Positions 18,971 to 29,100 of a DNA stretch of 64,000 nt are shown in pieces. The position numbers were made by a program, and so were the translations under genes. The number at the start of each line of letters is the position of its first letter. Position 1 is the first letter of the stretch. Source of the DNA: Verrucomicrobiota bacterium (GTDB taxonomy: Bacteria > Verrucomicrobiota > Verrucomicrobiia > Limisphaerales > Palsa-1400); assembly GCA_049510745.1 (NCBI GenBank), contig JBEKYR010000004.1, positions 64,001 to 128,000 on the forward strand, written 5' to 3'. Below the pieces are notes generated by a model. That model did not search any database. It was given only the letters and a program-made list of their open reading frames with translations, and was not told the origin of the DNA.

Positions 18971-21853
18971 ATGAATCCTATTCCCTCACTCGCACGAAGA
19001 CTGCGCGCGCCGGCCTGCGCCGCGGCGGCGGCTCTAACCCTGGCCTTAAGTTCCTCACTCTTCGCCGACGATGGCTCGCCGCGCCAACGGCTGCTGATGG
19101 ATTTCGGCTGGAAATTCCACTTGGGCAACGAATGGGGCCTGGCCGAGCGATTGGAAAAAGCGGGCGTCAGCACCGGCCCGGCCGCCTCTTCCTTCAGCCA
19201 GGCCCGCTGGCGCACGGTCAATCTCCCGCATGACTGGCTCCCGGAACTGCCTTTCGATCCCAAGGCGGCTGCTGATCACGGCTTCAAGCCTTTCGGTCCC
19301 GGCTTCCCTCAAAACAGCGTCGGCTGGTATCGCCGCACTTTTTCGTTGCCCGAAACCGACAAGGGGCGGCGCCTGCTGCTGGAGTTCGACGGCGTGTTCC
19401 GGGATTGCCGCGTCTTTTTCAACGGCTATTTGATCGGCCACCATGAAAGCGGCTACAGCAGTTTTCGTTACGACATCACCGACCTGGCCAATTGCGGCGG
19501 GAACAACACCCTGGCGGTGCGGGTCGATGCCTCGCAGTTCGAGGGCTGGTTTTACGAGGGCGCCGGCATCTACCGCCATGTCTGGCTGGTCAAGACCGCG
19601 CCGCTCCACATCGCGCCGGACGGCACGTTTGTGTACAGCGAATTTCCTCATAACGTGCCGGGCGACGCGGCGACGGTGCATGTCGAAACGCTCTTGCGCA
19701 ACGCCGGGAGCAACGGCGCCGACGCCACCGTGGCCTGCGAAATCCTGGACCCGGCGGGCAAGCGCGTGGCGCAGTTCAAGCAGGCCGCGCAACTCGAACC
19801 GTGGTCGTCCGGGCAGACGCGCCAGGAAATCCAAATCGCCTCGCCCGCCTTTTGGTCGCCCGAAACCCCGCAATTGTACAAACTCATCACCACCGTCCTC
19901 GCCGACGACGCGGTCGTGGACCGAACGGAGACGGAATTCGGCCTGCGCACCGTAGCCTTCGACGCCGACAAGGGCTTTTTGCTCAACGGCAAGCCATACG
20001 TGCTCAAAGGGACGTGCAATCACCAGGACCACGCCGGCGTCGGCTCCGCCATGCCCGACCGCCTGCAATACTTTCGCGTCAGCCGGTTGAAGGAGATGGG
20101 CGGCAACGCCATTCGGACCTCGCACAACGCGCCCACGCCGGAATTGCTGGAGGCCTGCGACCGCCTGGGTTTGCTGGTCATGGACGAGAATCGGCTCCTG
20201 GGCAGCGACGCCCAAAACCTGGAATACTTCGAGGGCCAATTGCGCCGCGACCGCAATCATCCGTGCGTCTTTATTTGGTCCTTGTTCAACGAGGAAGATC
20301 GGCAAACCACTCCCGCCGCCGCGCGCGTCACCGAAACCATGCAGCGCCTGGCACACCGCCTGGACCCGACTCGCCTTTGCACCGCGGCCGGTAACGTGGG
20401 CAATGTTTTCGATGGCGTCAACAGCGTGATTGATGTCCGGGGCTGGAATTATTATCCGGATGACGTGGATGCGTACCACAAAGCGCATCCCGCGCAGCCG
20501 GAGATCGGCACCGAGCAGGCCAGCACCGTGGGCACGCGCGGCATTTACGCCAACGACCCGGCGCGCGGGTATGTCAGCGCCTACGATACCAACGCGCCCT
20601 CGTGGGCCAACAGCGCGGAGAAATGGTGGACCATCTATGCCGCCCGGCCCTGGCTGTCGGGGGCGTTTGTCTGGACGGGCTTCGATTATCGCGGCGAGCC
20701 GACACCCTATGGCTGGCCGTGCATCAATTCGCATTTTGGCATCCTGGATACGTGCGGCTTTGCCAAGGACAATTTCTACTACTACCAATCCTGGTGGAGC
20801 GACCGCACGGTCCTGCACTTGCTGCCGCATTGGAACTGGCCCGGCAAGGAGGGGCAGGAAATCGACGTGCGCTGCCTGGGCAATTGCGAGGAGGTCGAGT
20901 TGTTCCTCAACGGCCAAAGCCTTGGCCGCAAGGCCATGCCCAGGAATTCCCACCTGCAATGGAACGTCCCCTACGCCCCCGGCGTCCTGCTGGCCAAAGG
21001 CTACAAGGCCGGCCAGGTGATCGCGGAAGACAAGGTCGAAACCACCGGCGCGCCGGCGGCGATCAAACTGACCCCCGACCGCGCCTCCATCGACGCCAAC
21101 GGCGAAGACATCGCCATCCTCAAAGTCGCGGTCACAGACGCCGAGGGACGCCTCGTGCCCGTGGCGAACAATCTTATTGACTTCGCCTTGAGCGGCCCCG
21201 GCAAGATCATCGGCGTGGGCAACGGCGATCCGAGCTGCCACGAGCCTGACGTCTATGTCACCGCGCCGCCGGGCCACCAGGTCGCGCTCAAGGACTGGCG
21301 CATGATACGGGTGCCCAGCGCCCGGGACCGGGCCGAGGTGGCGGAAAAGTTTGATGACAGCCAATGGCAAACCGTGGACGTGAACAGCCAGGAAGGCCCG
21401 CTCGCGCCCGACGAATCCGCCGTGTACCGCGCCACCTTCACGGCCACGCCGGACATGCTGGCCGCGCCATCCGTGGCCCTCAGTTTTGGAATGATCGACG
21501 ACGACGGCTGGGTCTATGTCAACGGCCAGCGGGCCGGGGAATCCCACGATTGGACGGCGTCGCCCTCGTTCGAGGTGCGGAAGTTTCTGCATGAGGGCGC
21601 GAATTCGATCGCGGTCGCGGTGAAAAACCACGACGGTCCGGGCGGCGTCAACAAGGGCGTTTCGCTGGACATTGAGGATCAACCGATCGAGCCGCAATGG
21701 AAGCGGAGCGTCTTCAACGGCCTGGCCCAGGTGATAATTCAAGCCGGCACGGAACCCGGCGCGCTGGCCCTGACCGCCCGCGCCGAAGGACTCAGCTCCG
21801 CCACCGCCGGGATTTCCGCCGGACCGGCCGTCCCCCGCCCTGCCCTGCCCTGA
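18971..21853 (+). CDS. Secreted GH2 glycoside hydrolase (beta-galactosidase-like)
   Basis: LPHDW, GWYRRTF, WFYEGAGIYRHVWL, NAIRTSHN, RDRNHPCVFIWSLFNEE, FVWTGFDYRGEP. Confidence 0.92.
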   Translation: MNPIPSLARRLRAPACAAAAALTLALSSSLFADDGSPRQRLLMDFGWKFHLGNEWGLAERLEKAGVSTGPAASSFSQARWRTVNLPHDWLPELPFDPKAAADHGFKPFGPGFPQNSVGWYRRTFSLPETDKGRRLLLEFDGVFRDCRVFFNGYLIGHHESGYSSFRYDITDLANCGGNNTLAVRVDASQFEGWFYEGAGIYRHVWLVKTAPLHIAPDGTFVYSEFPHNVPGDAATVHVETLLRNAGSNGADATVACEILDPAGKRVAQFKQAAQLEPWSSGQTRQEIQIASPAFWSPETPQLYKLITTVLADDAVVDRTETEFGLRTVAFDADKGFLLNGKPYVLKGTCNHQDHAGVGSAMPDRLQYFRVSRLKEMGGNAIRTSHNAPTPELLEACDRLGLLVMDENRLLGSDAQNLEYFEGQLRRDRNHPCVFIWSLFNEEDRQTTPAAARVTETMQRLAHRLDPTRLCTAAGNVGNVFDGVNSVIDVRGWNYYPDDVDAYHKAHPAQPEIGTEQASTVGTRGIYANDPARGYVSAYDTNAPSWANSAEKWWTIYAARPWLSGAFVWTGFDYRGEPTPYGWPCINSHFGILDTCGFAKDNFYYYQSWWSDRTVLHLLPHWNWPGKEGQEIDVRCLGNCEEVELFLNGQSLGRKAMPRNSHLQWNVPYAPGVLLAKGYKAGQVIAEDKVETTGAPAAIKLTPDRASIDANGEDIAILKVAVTDAEGRLVPVANNLIDFALSGPGKIIGVGNGDPSCHEPDVYVTAPPGHQVALKDWRMIRVPSARDRAEVAEKFDDSQWQTVDVNSQEGPLAPDESAVYRATFTATPDMLAAPSVALSFGMIDDDGWVYVNGQRAGESHDWTASPSFEVRKFLHEGANSIAVAVKNHDGPGGVNKGVSLDIEDQPIEPQWKRSVFNGLAQVIIQAGTEPGALALTARAEGLSSATAGISAGPAVPRPALP

Positions 21854-22089
21854 CGCCAATCTGGAAAACCGAGTCAACCGCGAAATACTCGCGAAGTTTG
21901 GAATAGGCCCATCTGGATGGTCTTATCCGTGTTAATCCGTGTCCATCCGTGGTTGAAAAAAATTGGGTTGCGGCTGCCGCGCTGAGTATTTCGCATATTT
22001 CGCGGTTTTAAAAAATCCTCAGGCGATTGGGGGCCGCAAAACTTCTTGCCAGGACGGGCGGGGGAAATTAGATTATGGCTCCTTGGGAC

Positions 22090-22165
22090 GCCAGTTTAGC
22101 TCAGTTGGTAGAGCAATGCTTTCGTAAAGCATGGGTCGCCGGTTCAAGTCCGGCAACTGGCTCCA
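22090..22165 (+). tRNA. tRNA-Thr(CGT)
   Basis: GCCAGTT/AACTGGC acceptor, ATGCT-TTCGTAA-AGCAT anticodon arm, GGTTCAAGTCC T arm, encoded CCA. Confidence 0.95.
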
Positions 22166-22329
22166 GCCTCCGCGCTGCGCGCTACGGCTGGCAAGCCCGC
22201 CTTCGATTGAGGCAATGGCAGGTAATGGCGGCGTTGGTAATTTGAAAGCGCGAAGGCTGCCCGCCGTCTTGTCCGCCATAGTTTTAACGGCGGCGGAAGC
22301 TCGCGCAGCGCGACGGCGGGTTTCAAATC

Positions 22330-22855
22330 ATGACCAAATTCCATTACGTTTACGTCCTGCAATCGCTCTCCCATCGGAACCAGATTTATGGTTCCTCGAC
22401 GTTTTCAGTGGAATGGAAATGGTGCGTTCATCCAATCGCAGCCAATAACCGTTCTACAATCCCAAAGGGATTGAATGACTCAGCCCAGGGTTGGCCGATT
22501 CCGAGAGGCCTACCCTGGGTAGTTGCATTCGAGTGACACAACCCTGAAAGGGTTGAATATCAATGGCTTAGGAAACAGAGTCAACCCTTGCAGGGTTGTG
22601 ATTCTTCTCTGATCTTACCCAGGGTAGCTCGTGCCCCCGCCTTCGCTGCGCTACGGCGCGGCCAGTCGCAACCCTGGGCTGCAAGATTCAATCCCGTTGG
22701 GATTGGCAAAACCAATCACGACCCTCCAAACGTCGCTGTTCATTCCACTGGAATCGTCGCGGAACCAGATTTATACCGGGATCACTTGCGATTTGAAACT
22801 GCGCCTGGCGGAGCACAATTCGGGAAGGGTTTCGCACACTTCCAAATTCACGCCC
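22330..22855 (+). pseudogene. GIY-YIG nuclease gene, split by a MITE and 3'-truncated
   Basis: Removing 22390-22774 restores MTKFHYVYVLQSLSHRNQIYTGITCDLKLRLAEHNSGRVSHTSKFTP. Confidence 0.85.
22390..22766. mobile_element. 377-bp non-autonomous MITE-like element with internal palindromes
   Basis: 26-bp TIRs (23/26 match) at 22390-22415 and 22741-22766; 8-bp TSD AGATTTAT at 22382-22389 and 22767-22774. Confidence 0.85.
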
Positions 22856-22990
22856 AAGGTCCGTTGCAGTTCATCCGGGGGAGCGCGCGCGCCCTCGCGT
22901 GCAGCGGTCGGCGCCCCCGCCGACCGCTTCTTCGCTCTCCTATCCAAATTGTATAGGTCATCGCTCGGCGGTAAAGCCGCGTTAAGCGAG
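22856..22990 (+). repeat. Dispersed ~115-135-bp palindrome-rich repeat, copy 1
   Basis: Near-identical inverted copy at 55602-55714. Confidence 0.8.
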
Positions 22991-23003
22991 AGTTCTGGGT
23001 CAA

Positions 23004-23234
23004 ATCACCGGCATGTCCCTGCACAGCCACCGCCACGCTTGGGCGGAACGAGCCAAGACAGTCGGGATGCCCGAACGGTTCGCACAGCAGGCGCTTGGGC
23101 ACAGTTCCAAGCCGTTTGCGCGGGCGTATTCCAGTAAGGCTAAGGTTATTGTCCCGTCGCTGGAGGATTACGAGACGAAAGTCGTCCCCATGCCGATGGC
23201 GGTGAATCAACAATTTTCTATCACGGCGCGCTGA
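23004..23234 (+). pseudogene. Tyrosine recombinase (integrase) C-terminal relic
   Basis: SLHSHRHAWA (HxxR), QQALGHSS and RAY catalytic segments; no N-terminal part. Confidence 0.75.
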
Positions 23235-25524
23235 TACGATAGTAGCGCGCCGCATAACCGACTTCCAACGGCTCGCTGAAATACACCAAACCGTTGGTGA
23301 GCGTGAGCGTTTGGAGCGGGCTCCACAGAGGATTGGCTAAATCCGTGCAGGCTTCCACCACTATGGGAATATTTGGGGTGCCGGTAATGTTAAATCCAAA
23401 TTGAGTGCCCTGCGTTCCAAAGTTCGTTCCACTGGTTTGAATCAGCGGATTCCACAATACGGCCGGAAGACCGCCATAAAAGAAAAAATTACCCCAACCA
23501 ACGGTTCCGGGAAGATAAAAGGCTATCGCGTACTGGTCCAAGTAGAACGCAGAAGTAGGTGCGCCGGGAGGGCCGGTGGGAACATTCGGAGCATTGCCCG
23601 CAAAATAAATGCCGGTTAAGTTGACGCACGACCAGAATGCCCCACTCTTTATGGTGGAGACACTTTTGGGTATGTTCACGTTCGTCAGGCTCGCGCAATG
23701 ATTGAACGCATACGCCCCAATATTCGTGACGCTACCCGGTACTGTAACGCTCGTCAGGTTCGTGCAGTAGTCGAACGCACCGGTTCCGATGCTCGTCACG
23801 CCATACTCGATCGCAGCGCTCCTCAGGCCATTGCAGTTCGTGAACACGTACATTCCGAAGTTGGTCACGCTACCGGGAATGATGACGCTGGCAAGGCCGG
23901 TACAGGAATCGAAATCGTAGTCGCCAATGCTGGCCACGCCGTTGGCAATCGTTACGTTGGTCAAACCTGAACAGGAATCGAAAACATATATCCCAATGGT
24001 GGTAACGCTGCCAGGGATCTCGATATTGCTTAAGCTTTCACATCCTCGAAAGGCGTAATCTCCAATGTTCGTGACGCCGACGGGAATTGCCACACTGGCC
24101 AGGTGACTGCATCCTTCAAAGGCAGACGGTTCGAGGATCATTACTCCATTGGAAATCGTCACAACGGCCAGATTGGTGCAGAACTTAAATGCCGAATTCC
24201 CAATGTCGCCAATACTGCCTGGTATGGCGATGTTGGTCAGGTTACAACAGTATTCGAACGCAGCTTGGCCAATGCTCGTAACGCTATCCGATATAGTGAC
24301 ATTCATCAGGCCGGTACAGTATTCGAACGCAGCCTTCTGAATGGTAATGACGCTGTCGGGTATCGTGACGTTCGTCAGGCCACCACAAAATTCAAACGCA
24401 GCCTCCCCAATGTTGGTCACACTGTCAGGCAACGCAACGCTGGCCAGATTAATACACTCGGCGAAAGCGCCATCTCCGATGTCGGTGGTGCCGGTCGCAA
24501 TCGTCACATTTGTCAGGCTACCGCAGACTGTAAGAACATTCACTCCAAAGTTGGTAATAGCTCCCAAAATTGCGGCGCTCGTCAGGTTAGAGCAGTACGC
24601 GAAGGCATAATCACCGACGCTCGTAACGCCACTCGGAATGGTGATGTCCGTCAGACCAGTACACGAAAAAAACGCATAATCCCCGATGCTTATAAGGCTC
24701 CCAGGCATCGTGATGTCCGTCAAATTGGTGCAGTAATCGAACGCGCCGTCACTAACCGCGCTGACGCCGTCCGGTATCGTATAACTTCCGCTCAATCCAT
24801 TTGGATATTGAAAAAGAGTGGTTTGGCCTTTGTCGAACAACACCCCACTCAGGCTGCTATAATTCGGATTGTCTTGGTCCACCGTAATCGCCGTCAGCGC
24901 AGCGCACGAAGCGAATGCAGAATTCCCGATGTTGGTGACGTTAGCAGGAATCGTAACACTTGTGAGACCGGTACAACCGTAAAACGCCTCTTCACCGATG
25001 ACTGAGACGCCGTTGGGAATCAGCAAATTTGTCAATCCCGTGCAGCTCTGAAACACGCCAACGTCGATGTTGGTGACGCTATCTGGAATCGTGATGCTGC
25101 TAAGACTTCTGCAGTCCTCGAACGCATTGGCACCAATTCTGGTTACGCCGTTACCGATGGTGACATCTGTTAGCACAAAGTCGTTGAAGAACGCACCCCC
25201 TCCAAAATTGGTGACGCTCCCAGGAATTGAAACGCTGGTTAAGTTGTAACAAAAATAGAATGCATAATCCCCAATGCTGGTGACGCTGTCGGGAATCGCC
25301 ACGCTAGTCACGTTGTGACCAAAAACAGGCTCACCAACGCCAATCCCAGTGACCAGCAAATTGCTGATGTTGTTTGGAATCGTTATATCGCCACCGGGCC
25401 CGCTGTAACTGGTTATGGTGATGCTCACGCTGTCGGTGTTCGTCTCGTACTCGAATTCGGCTTGCACCAGCGGTGGTGCGGTCAGGAGCAACGCAACCAA
25501 CAGGGCGAGGACGATTCCTTTCAT
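23221..25524 (-). CDS. BspA/TpLRR-type leucine-rich repeat secreted protein with the shared C-terminal module
   Basis: Signal peptide; many 23-aa LTSVTIPxSVTxIGxxAFxxC repeats; ends ...ARYYRISAP. Confidence 0.9.
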   Translation of the reverse strand: MKGIVLALLVALLLTAPPLVQAEFEYETNTDSVSITITSYSGPGGDITIPNNISNLLVTGIGVGEPVFGHNVTSVAIPDSVTSIGDYAFYFCYNLTSVSIPGSVTNFGGGAFFNDFVLTDVTIGNGVTRIGANAFEDCRSLSSITIPDSVTNIDVGVFQSCTGLTNLLIPNGVSVIGEEAFYGCTGLTSVTIPANVTNIGNSAFASCAALTAITVDQDNPNYSSLSGVLFDKGQTTLFQYPNGLSGSYTIPDGVSAVSDGAFDYCTNLTDITMPGSLISIGDYAFFSCTGLTDITIPSGVTSVGDYAFAYCSNLTSAAILGAITNFGVNVLTVCGSLTNVTIATGTTDIGDGAFAECINLASVALPDSVTNIGEAAFEFCGGLTNVTIPDSVITIQKAAFEYCTGLMNVTISDSVTSIGQAAFEYCCNLTNIAIPGSIGDIGNSAFKFCTNLAVVTISNGVMILEPSAFEGCSHLASVAIPVGVTNIGDYAFRGCESLSNIEIPGSVTTIGIYVFDSCSGLTNVTIANGVASIGDYDFDSCTGLASVIIPGSVTNFGMYVFTNCNGLRSAAIEYGVTSIGTGAFDYCTNLTSVTVPGSVTNIGAYAFNHCASLTNVNIPKSVSTIKSGAFWSCVNLTGIYFAGNAPNVPTGPPGAPTSAFYLDQYAIAFYLPGTVGWGNFFFYGGLPAVLWNPLIQTSGTNFGTQGTQFGFNITGTPNIPIVVEACTDLANPLWSPLQTLTLTNGLVYFSEPLEVGYAARYYRISAP

Positions 25525-25701
25525 TCGATTGGAATATTCTGCAACCCACCAACCGAAATCAATAATAATCCGACGAGAAATGACACATTTTTGCGGTTTT
25601 ACTCGCCAAAAACGGTCACGAAGTTATCACGCCGCTGCAGATCGGGCAGCGAGCGCAAGTTGCTCATTTTGTAATCCATTCCGAGCATTCTCCTTTTGAC
25701 G

Positions 25702-25863
25702 CCCATTTCTTTTATGCTAATGCCGGCTGATCGTTTGCGTCATTCTTGCCAGCCATGCCCGGTCTTTGGCCATTTCCGTGACCTCTGCCGTCGAAAAGAA
25801 CTTGATCCCGTTTTGCAGCGGGTTTCCGAGCGGTTTGAGCAAACGAGTTGCGCCAAGGATTGG
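25702..25863 (-). pseudogene. Relic of a small mobile-element-associated protein (possibly HTH/excisionase-like)
   Basis: PILGATRLLKPLGNPLQNGIKFFSTAEVTEMAKDRAWLARMTQTISRH*HKKK; in-frame TAG at 25717-25719; resemblance recalled, not searched. Confidence 0.45.
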
Positions 25864-25931
25864 CGTGTGCTTTCACGCAGTGCGCCTCATCTTCCCCGCG
25901 CGCCCTCTTCGCGTTGGGCCTTCTTTGGCGT

Positions 25932-26014
25932 TGTGACGGCATTGGATGACGGTTTGTGACGGCCAATGTGACGGTCTAAGCCCCTTATTATCAACGGTTG
26001 TGACGGTGTGACGG
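25932..26014. repeat. Iteron-like TGTGACGG direct-repeat array with a central AT-rich motif
   Basis: Five perfect TGTGACGG (25932, 25955, 25967, 25999, 26007) plus GATGACGG (25945). Confidence 0.75.
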
Positions 26015-26155
26015 CTTTTCCGATCCCAAGGGTATGCAAGCGCATAAACGGCGCCCGCTAAGAATCCTGGCGGGAGATGGATTTCACACGAATCCCATAG
26101 ACATCCTCAACTTTGTTCTGATACAGTCGCCCGGTTTGAAAAAATCCGGTTCATC

Positions 26156-29100
26156 ATGAATTCTTCCATTGACCCTGGCGTCCGCTCCCCGCGGCGCGTG
26201 TTCCAACGCTTTTTCGCCGCCGCAATCGCCGTCCTGCTGGCGGGCGTCACTGCTCCGGCCAGGAGCGGGGCCGCCCAGACGCTCCACAGCCGGGCGGCGG
26301 CGCTGGCGGGCGGGTTGCAGCCGCTCGGCGCCGTGGACGGCGCGAGCCGTCTCAATCTCACGTTGAGCCTGCCGCTGCGCAATAAACCCGCGCTGACCAA
26401 TCTCCTGGGCCAACTTTATGATCCGGCCAGCCCGAACTTCCACCGCTACCTCACCCCGGCGGAGTTCGCGGCGCGATTCGGGCCGACGGAGGCGGATTAC
26501 CAGGCGGTGGTCGATTTTGCGCAAACGCACGGGCTGGACGTCCGGGCCAAACATTCCAATCGCACGTTGCTGGAGGTGCGGGGCAGCGCGTCCGCCGTCG
26601 AGAGCGCGTTTCACGTCCGCTTGCAACGCTATCAGCACCCCACCGAGGCGCGCACTTTTTTCGCGCCGGACAGGGACCCTGCGGCGGATCTGAGTGTGCC
26701 GTTGCTGGGAGTCAAGGGTCTGGACAATTACAGTTTGCCGCACCCCAACCACCGGCACTTGCCGTTGAGCCAGGCGCCGGCCAACCGGCCCCGCGCCGGT
26801 TCGGGCCTGGAAGGCCTTTACATGGGAAATGATTTCCGGGCCGCATACGTGCCCGGCGTGGCCCTCAACGGCTCCAATCAGTCGGTCGCGTTGCTGGAAT
26901 TTGACGGCTACGATCCGAGCGACATTCTTCAATACGAATCCAACGCCAGCCTGCCCAATGTCGCCCTGACAAACGTCTTGCTCGATGCCTTCGATGGAAC
27001 ACCGCAAAGCCAGGACGGGCAAGTCGAGGTGTCGCTGGACATCTCCATGGCCATTTCGATGGCGCCCGGTCTGGCCAGCGTCATTGTTTATGAAGGGGAG
27101 ATGAGCGACGATATTTTGAATCGGATGGCGACGGATGATTTGGCCAATCAACTCAGTTCCTCGTGGTCCTGGGCGCCGATGGATGAAACAACCGAACAGA
27201 TTTTCCAGCAGTTCGGCGCGCAGGGTCAATCGATGTTCCAGGCTTCGGGAGATTCCGGGGCTTACGTGGGACCGATCCCGCCCCCTTCCGACGATCCCTA
27301 CCTGACGGTGGTGGGCGGGACCACGTTGACGACCGCCGGCCCCGGCGGGCCGTGGGTGTCGGAAACGGTGTGGAATTGGTTTTCAACCGGCCTGGGTCAA
27401 GCCGCCGGCAGCGGGGGCGTCAGCACCGTTTATCCGATTCCCGCCTGGCAACAGGGCCTGGACCTTTCCAAGAGCCAGGGATCGGCCACCATGCGAAATA
27501 TCCCTGACGTAGCCCTGACGGCGGACAACGTCCTGGTCATCGCCGCCGGGCAGACGTGGTATGTGGGAGGGACCAGTTGCGCGACGCCGTTGTGGGCGGC
27601 GTTGACGGCGCTGATTAACGAACAGCAGGCGGCCAACAACCAGCCGCCGGTGGGCTTTCTCAACCCGGCCATTTACGCGCTGGCCACGAGCAGCCGTTAT
27701 GGCGCCACGTTTCACGACATCACCACCGGCAACAATACCAATTACAGCAGTCCAACCGCTTTCTTCGCCCTGCCGGGATACGATCTTTGCACGGGCTGGG
27801 GAACCCCGACGGGCAGTAACACCATCGCCGCCCTGGTGACGCCGGCGGACCCGCTTTTGGTCAGTCCCATCGCCGATGTGTTTCTTCAGGGAGTTCCCGG
27901 CGGTCCGTTTAACGCGGCCAGCCAGCCGATGACGTTGACCAACGGCGGCGGGGCGGCGCTCAACTGGACGCTGGGCAATCCGACCGCCTGGCTGCGGGCG
28001 TCGTTGACGGGCGGGACATTGGTTGCGGGCGGCCCGGCCCGGACGGTGACGGTCAGTTTGAATTCTCTCGCAAGCAATCTGGCGGTGGGAATTTACAACG
28101 CGACCCTCTGGTTCACCAACCAGAACGATCACCTCGCGCAGGCAAGACGGTTTACGCTGGAGATTCTGCCGCTGGAGCCGCCGCTGATCGTGGCGCAACC
28201 GCAAAGCCAGGTCATCCAAGCCGGCGCAACCGCAGTCTTCAACGTCACCGCGCAAGGGCGGCCCCTGTTCTATCAATGGCAGAAAAACGGGACCAACCTG
28301 ACGGATGGCGGCCATATCAGCGGGTCGGCCACCGCGGCGTTGACTGTGGCCAACGCCGGCGCCGCGGATGCCGCGGTGTACTCGGTCATTGTTTCCAACT
28401 CTCTCGGCACGGCGGCCGGCGCGGCGGTCACGCTGGAACTTTACGCGTTGGCCCCCGGTGCCATGAATCTGGTGCAAAACGGCGGCTTTGAAACCGGCAA
28501 TTTTTCATATTGGAACGAAGCGGGCTACTATTACTACGCTGTTGTCAGCAGCAATCCGCTCTATGTCCACTCCGGCGCCTACGGCGCGGCGCTCGGAGAG
28601 TACTACACCGTTCCGGGATTCCTTTATCAGACCCTCTCGACGACGCCGGGCAACTCGTATCTGATTTCGATGTGGCTGCACAGCCCCGACGGTGTGGCGC
28701 CGAATCAATTCGACGTGCTCTGGAATGGCGCGACGATTTTCGGCGCCACGAACATGGGCGCCGGCCCGTGGACCCAACTTCAATTCTTGGTCACGGCCAC
28801 CAGCGCCGCCAGCATCCTGCAACTCGGCTACGCGGACGAGTCGAGCGACCTGGGTTTGGATGATGTCAGCGTGAGCAACGTGACCATTTCCGCCGCGCCG
28901 CCGGCCATCGTCAACCCACCCGCCAGCCAATCAGCCGGCAGCGGGAGCGCGGCTGTGTTTACGGTCACGGCCGCCGGCACCGTGCCGCTGGGTTACCAGT
29001 GGGAAATCAACGGCGCCACGCTGAACAACGGCGGCAACGTCGCCGGCGCCACGACCGCCACCCTGACTCTGAGCAACGTGTCCGCCGCCAGTGACGCAAC

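Noticed and set aside
19055..21877. 940-aa minus-strand ORF, and similar long antisense ORFs at 7266-8681, 28931-33931 and 37812-38561
   Set aside because: Shadow ORFs antisense to well-supported GC-rich genes; no recognisable motifs
25932..26014. CRISPR-like array
   Set aside because: Repeats are 8 bp with 0-24 bp gaps and no cas genes are present
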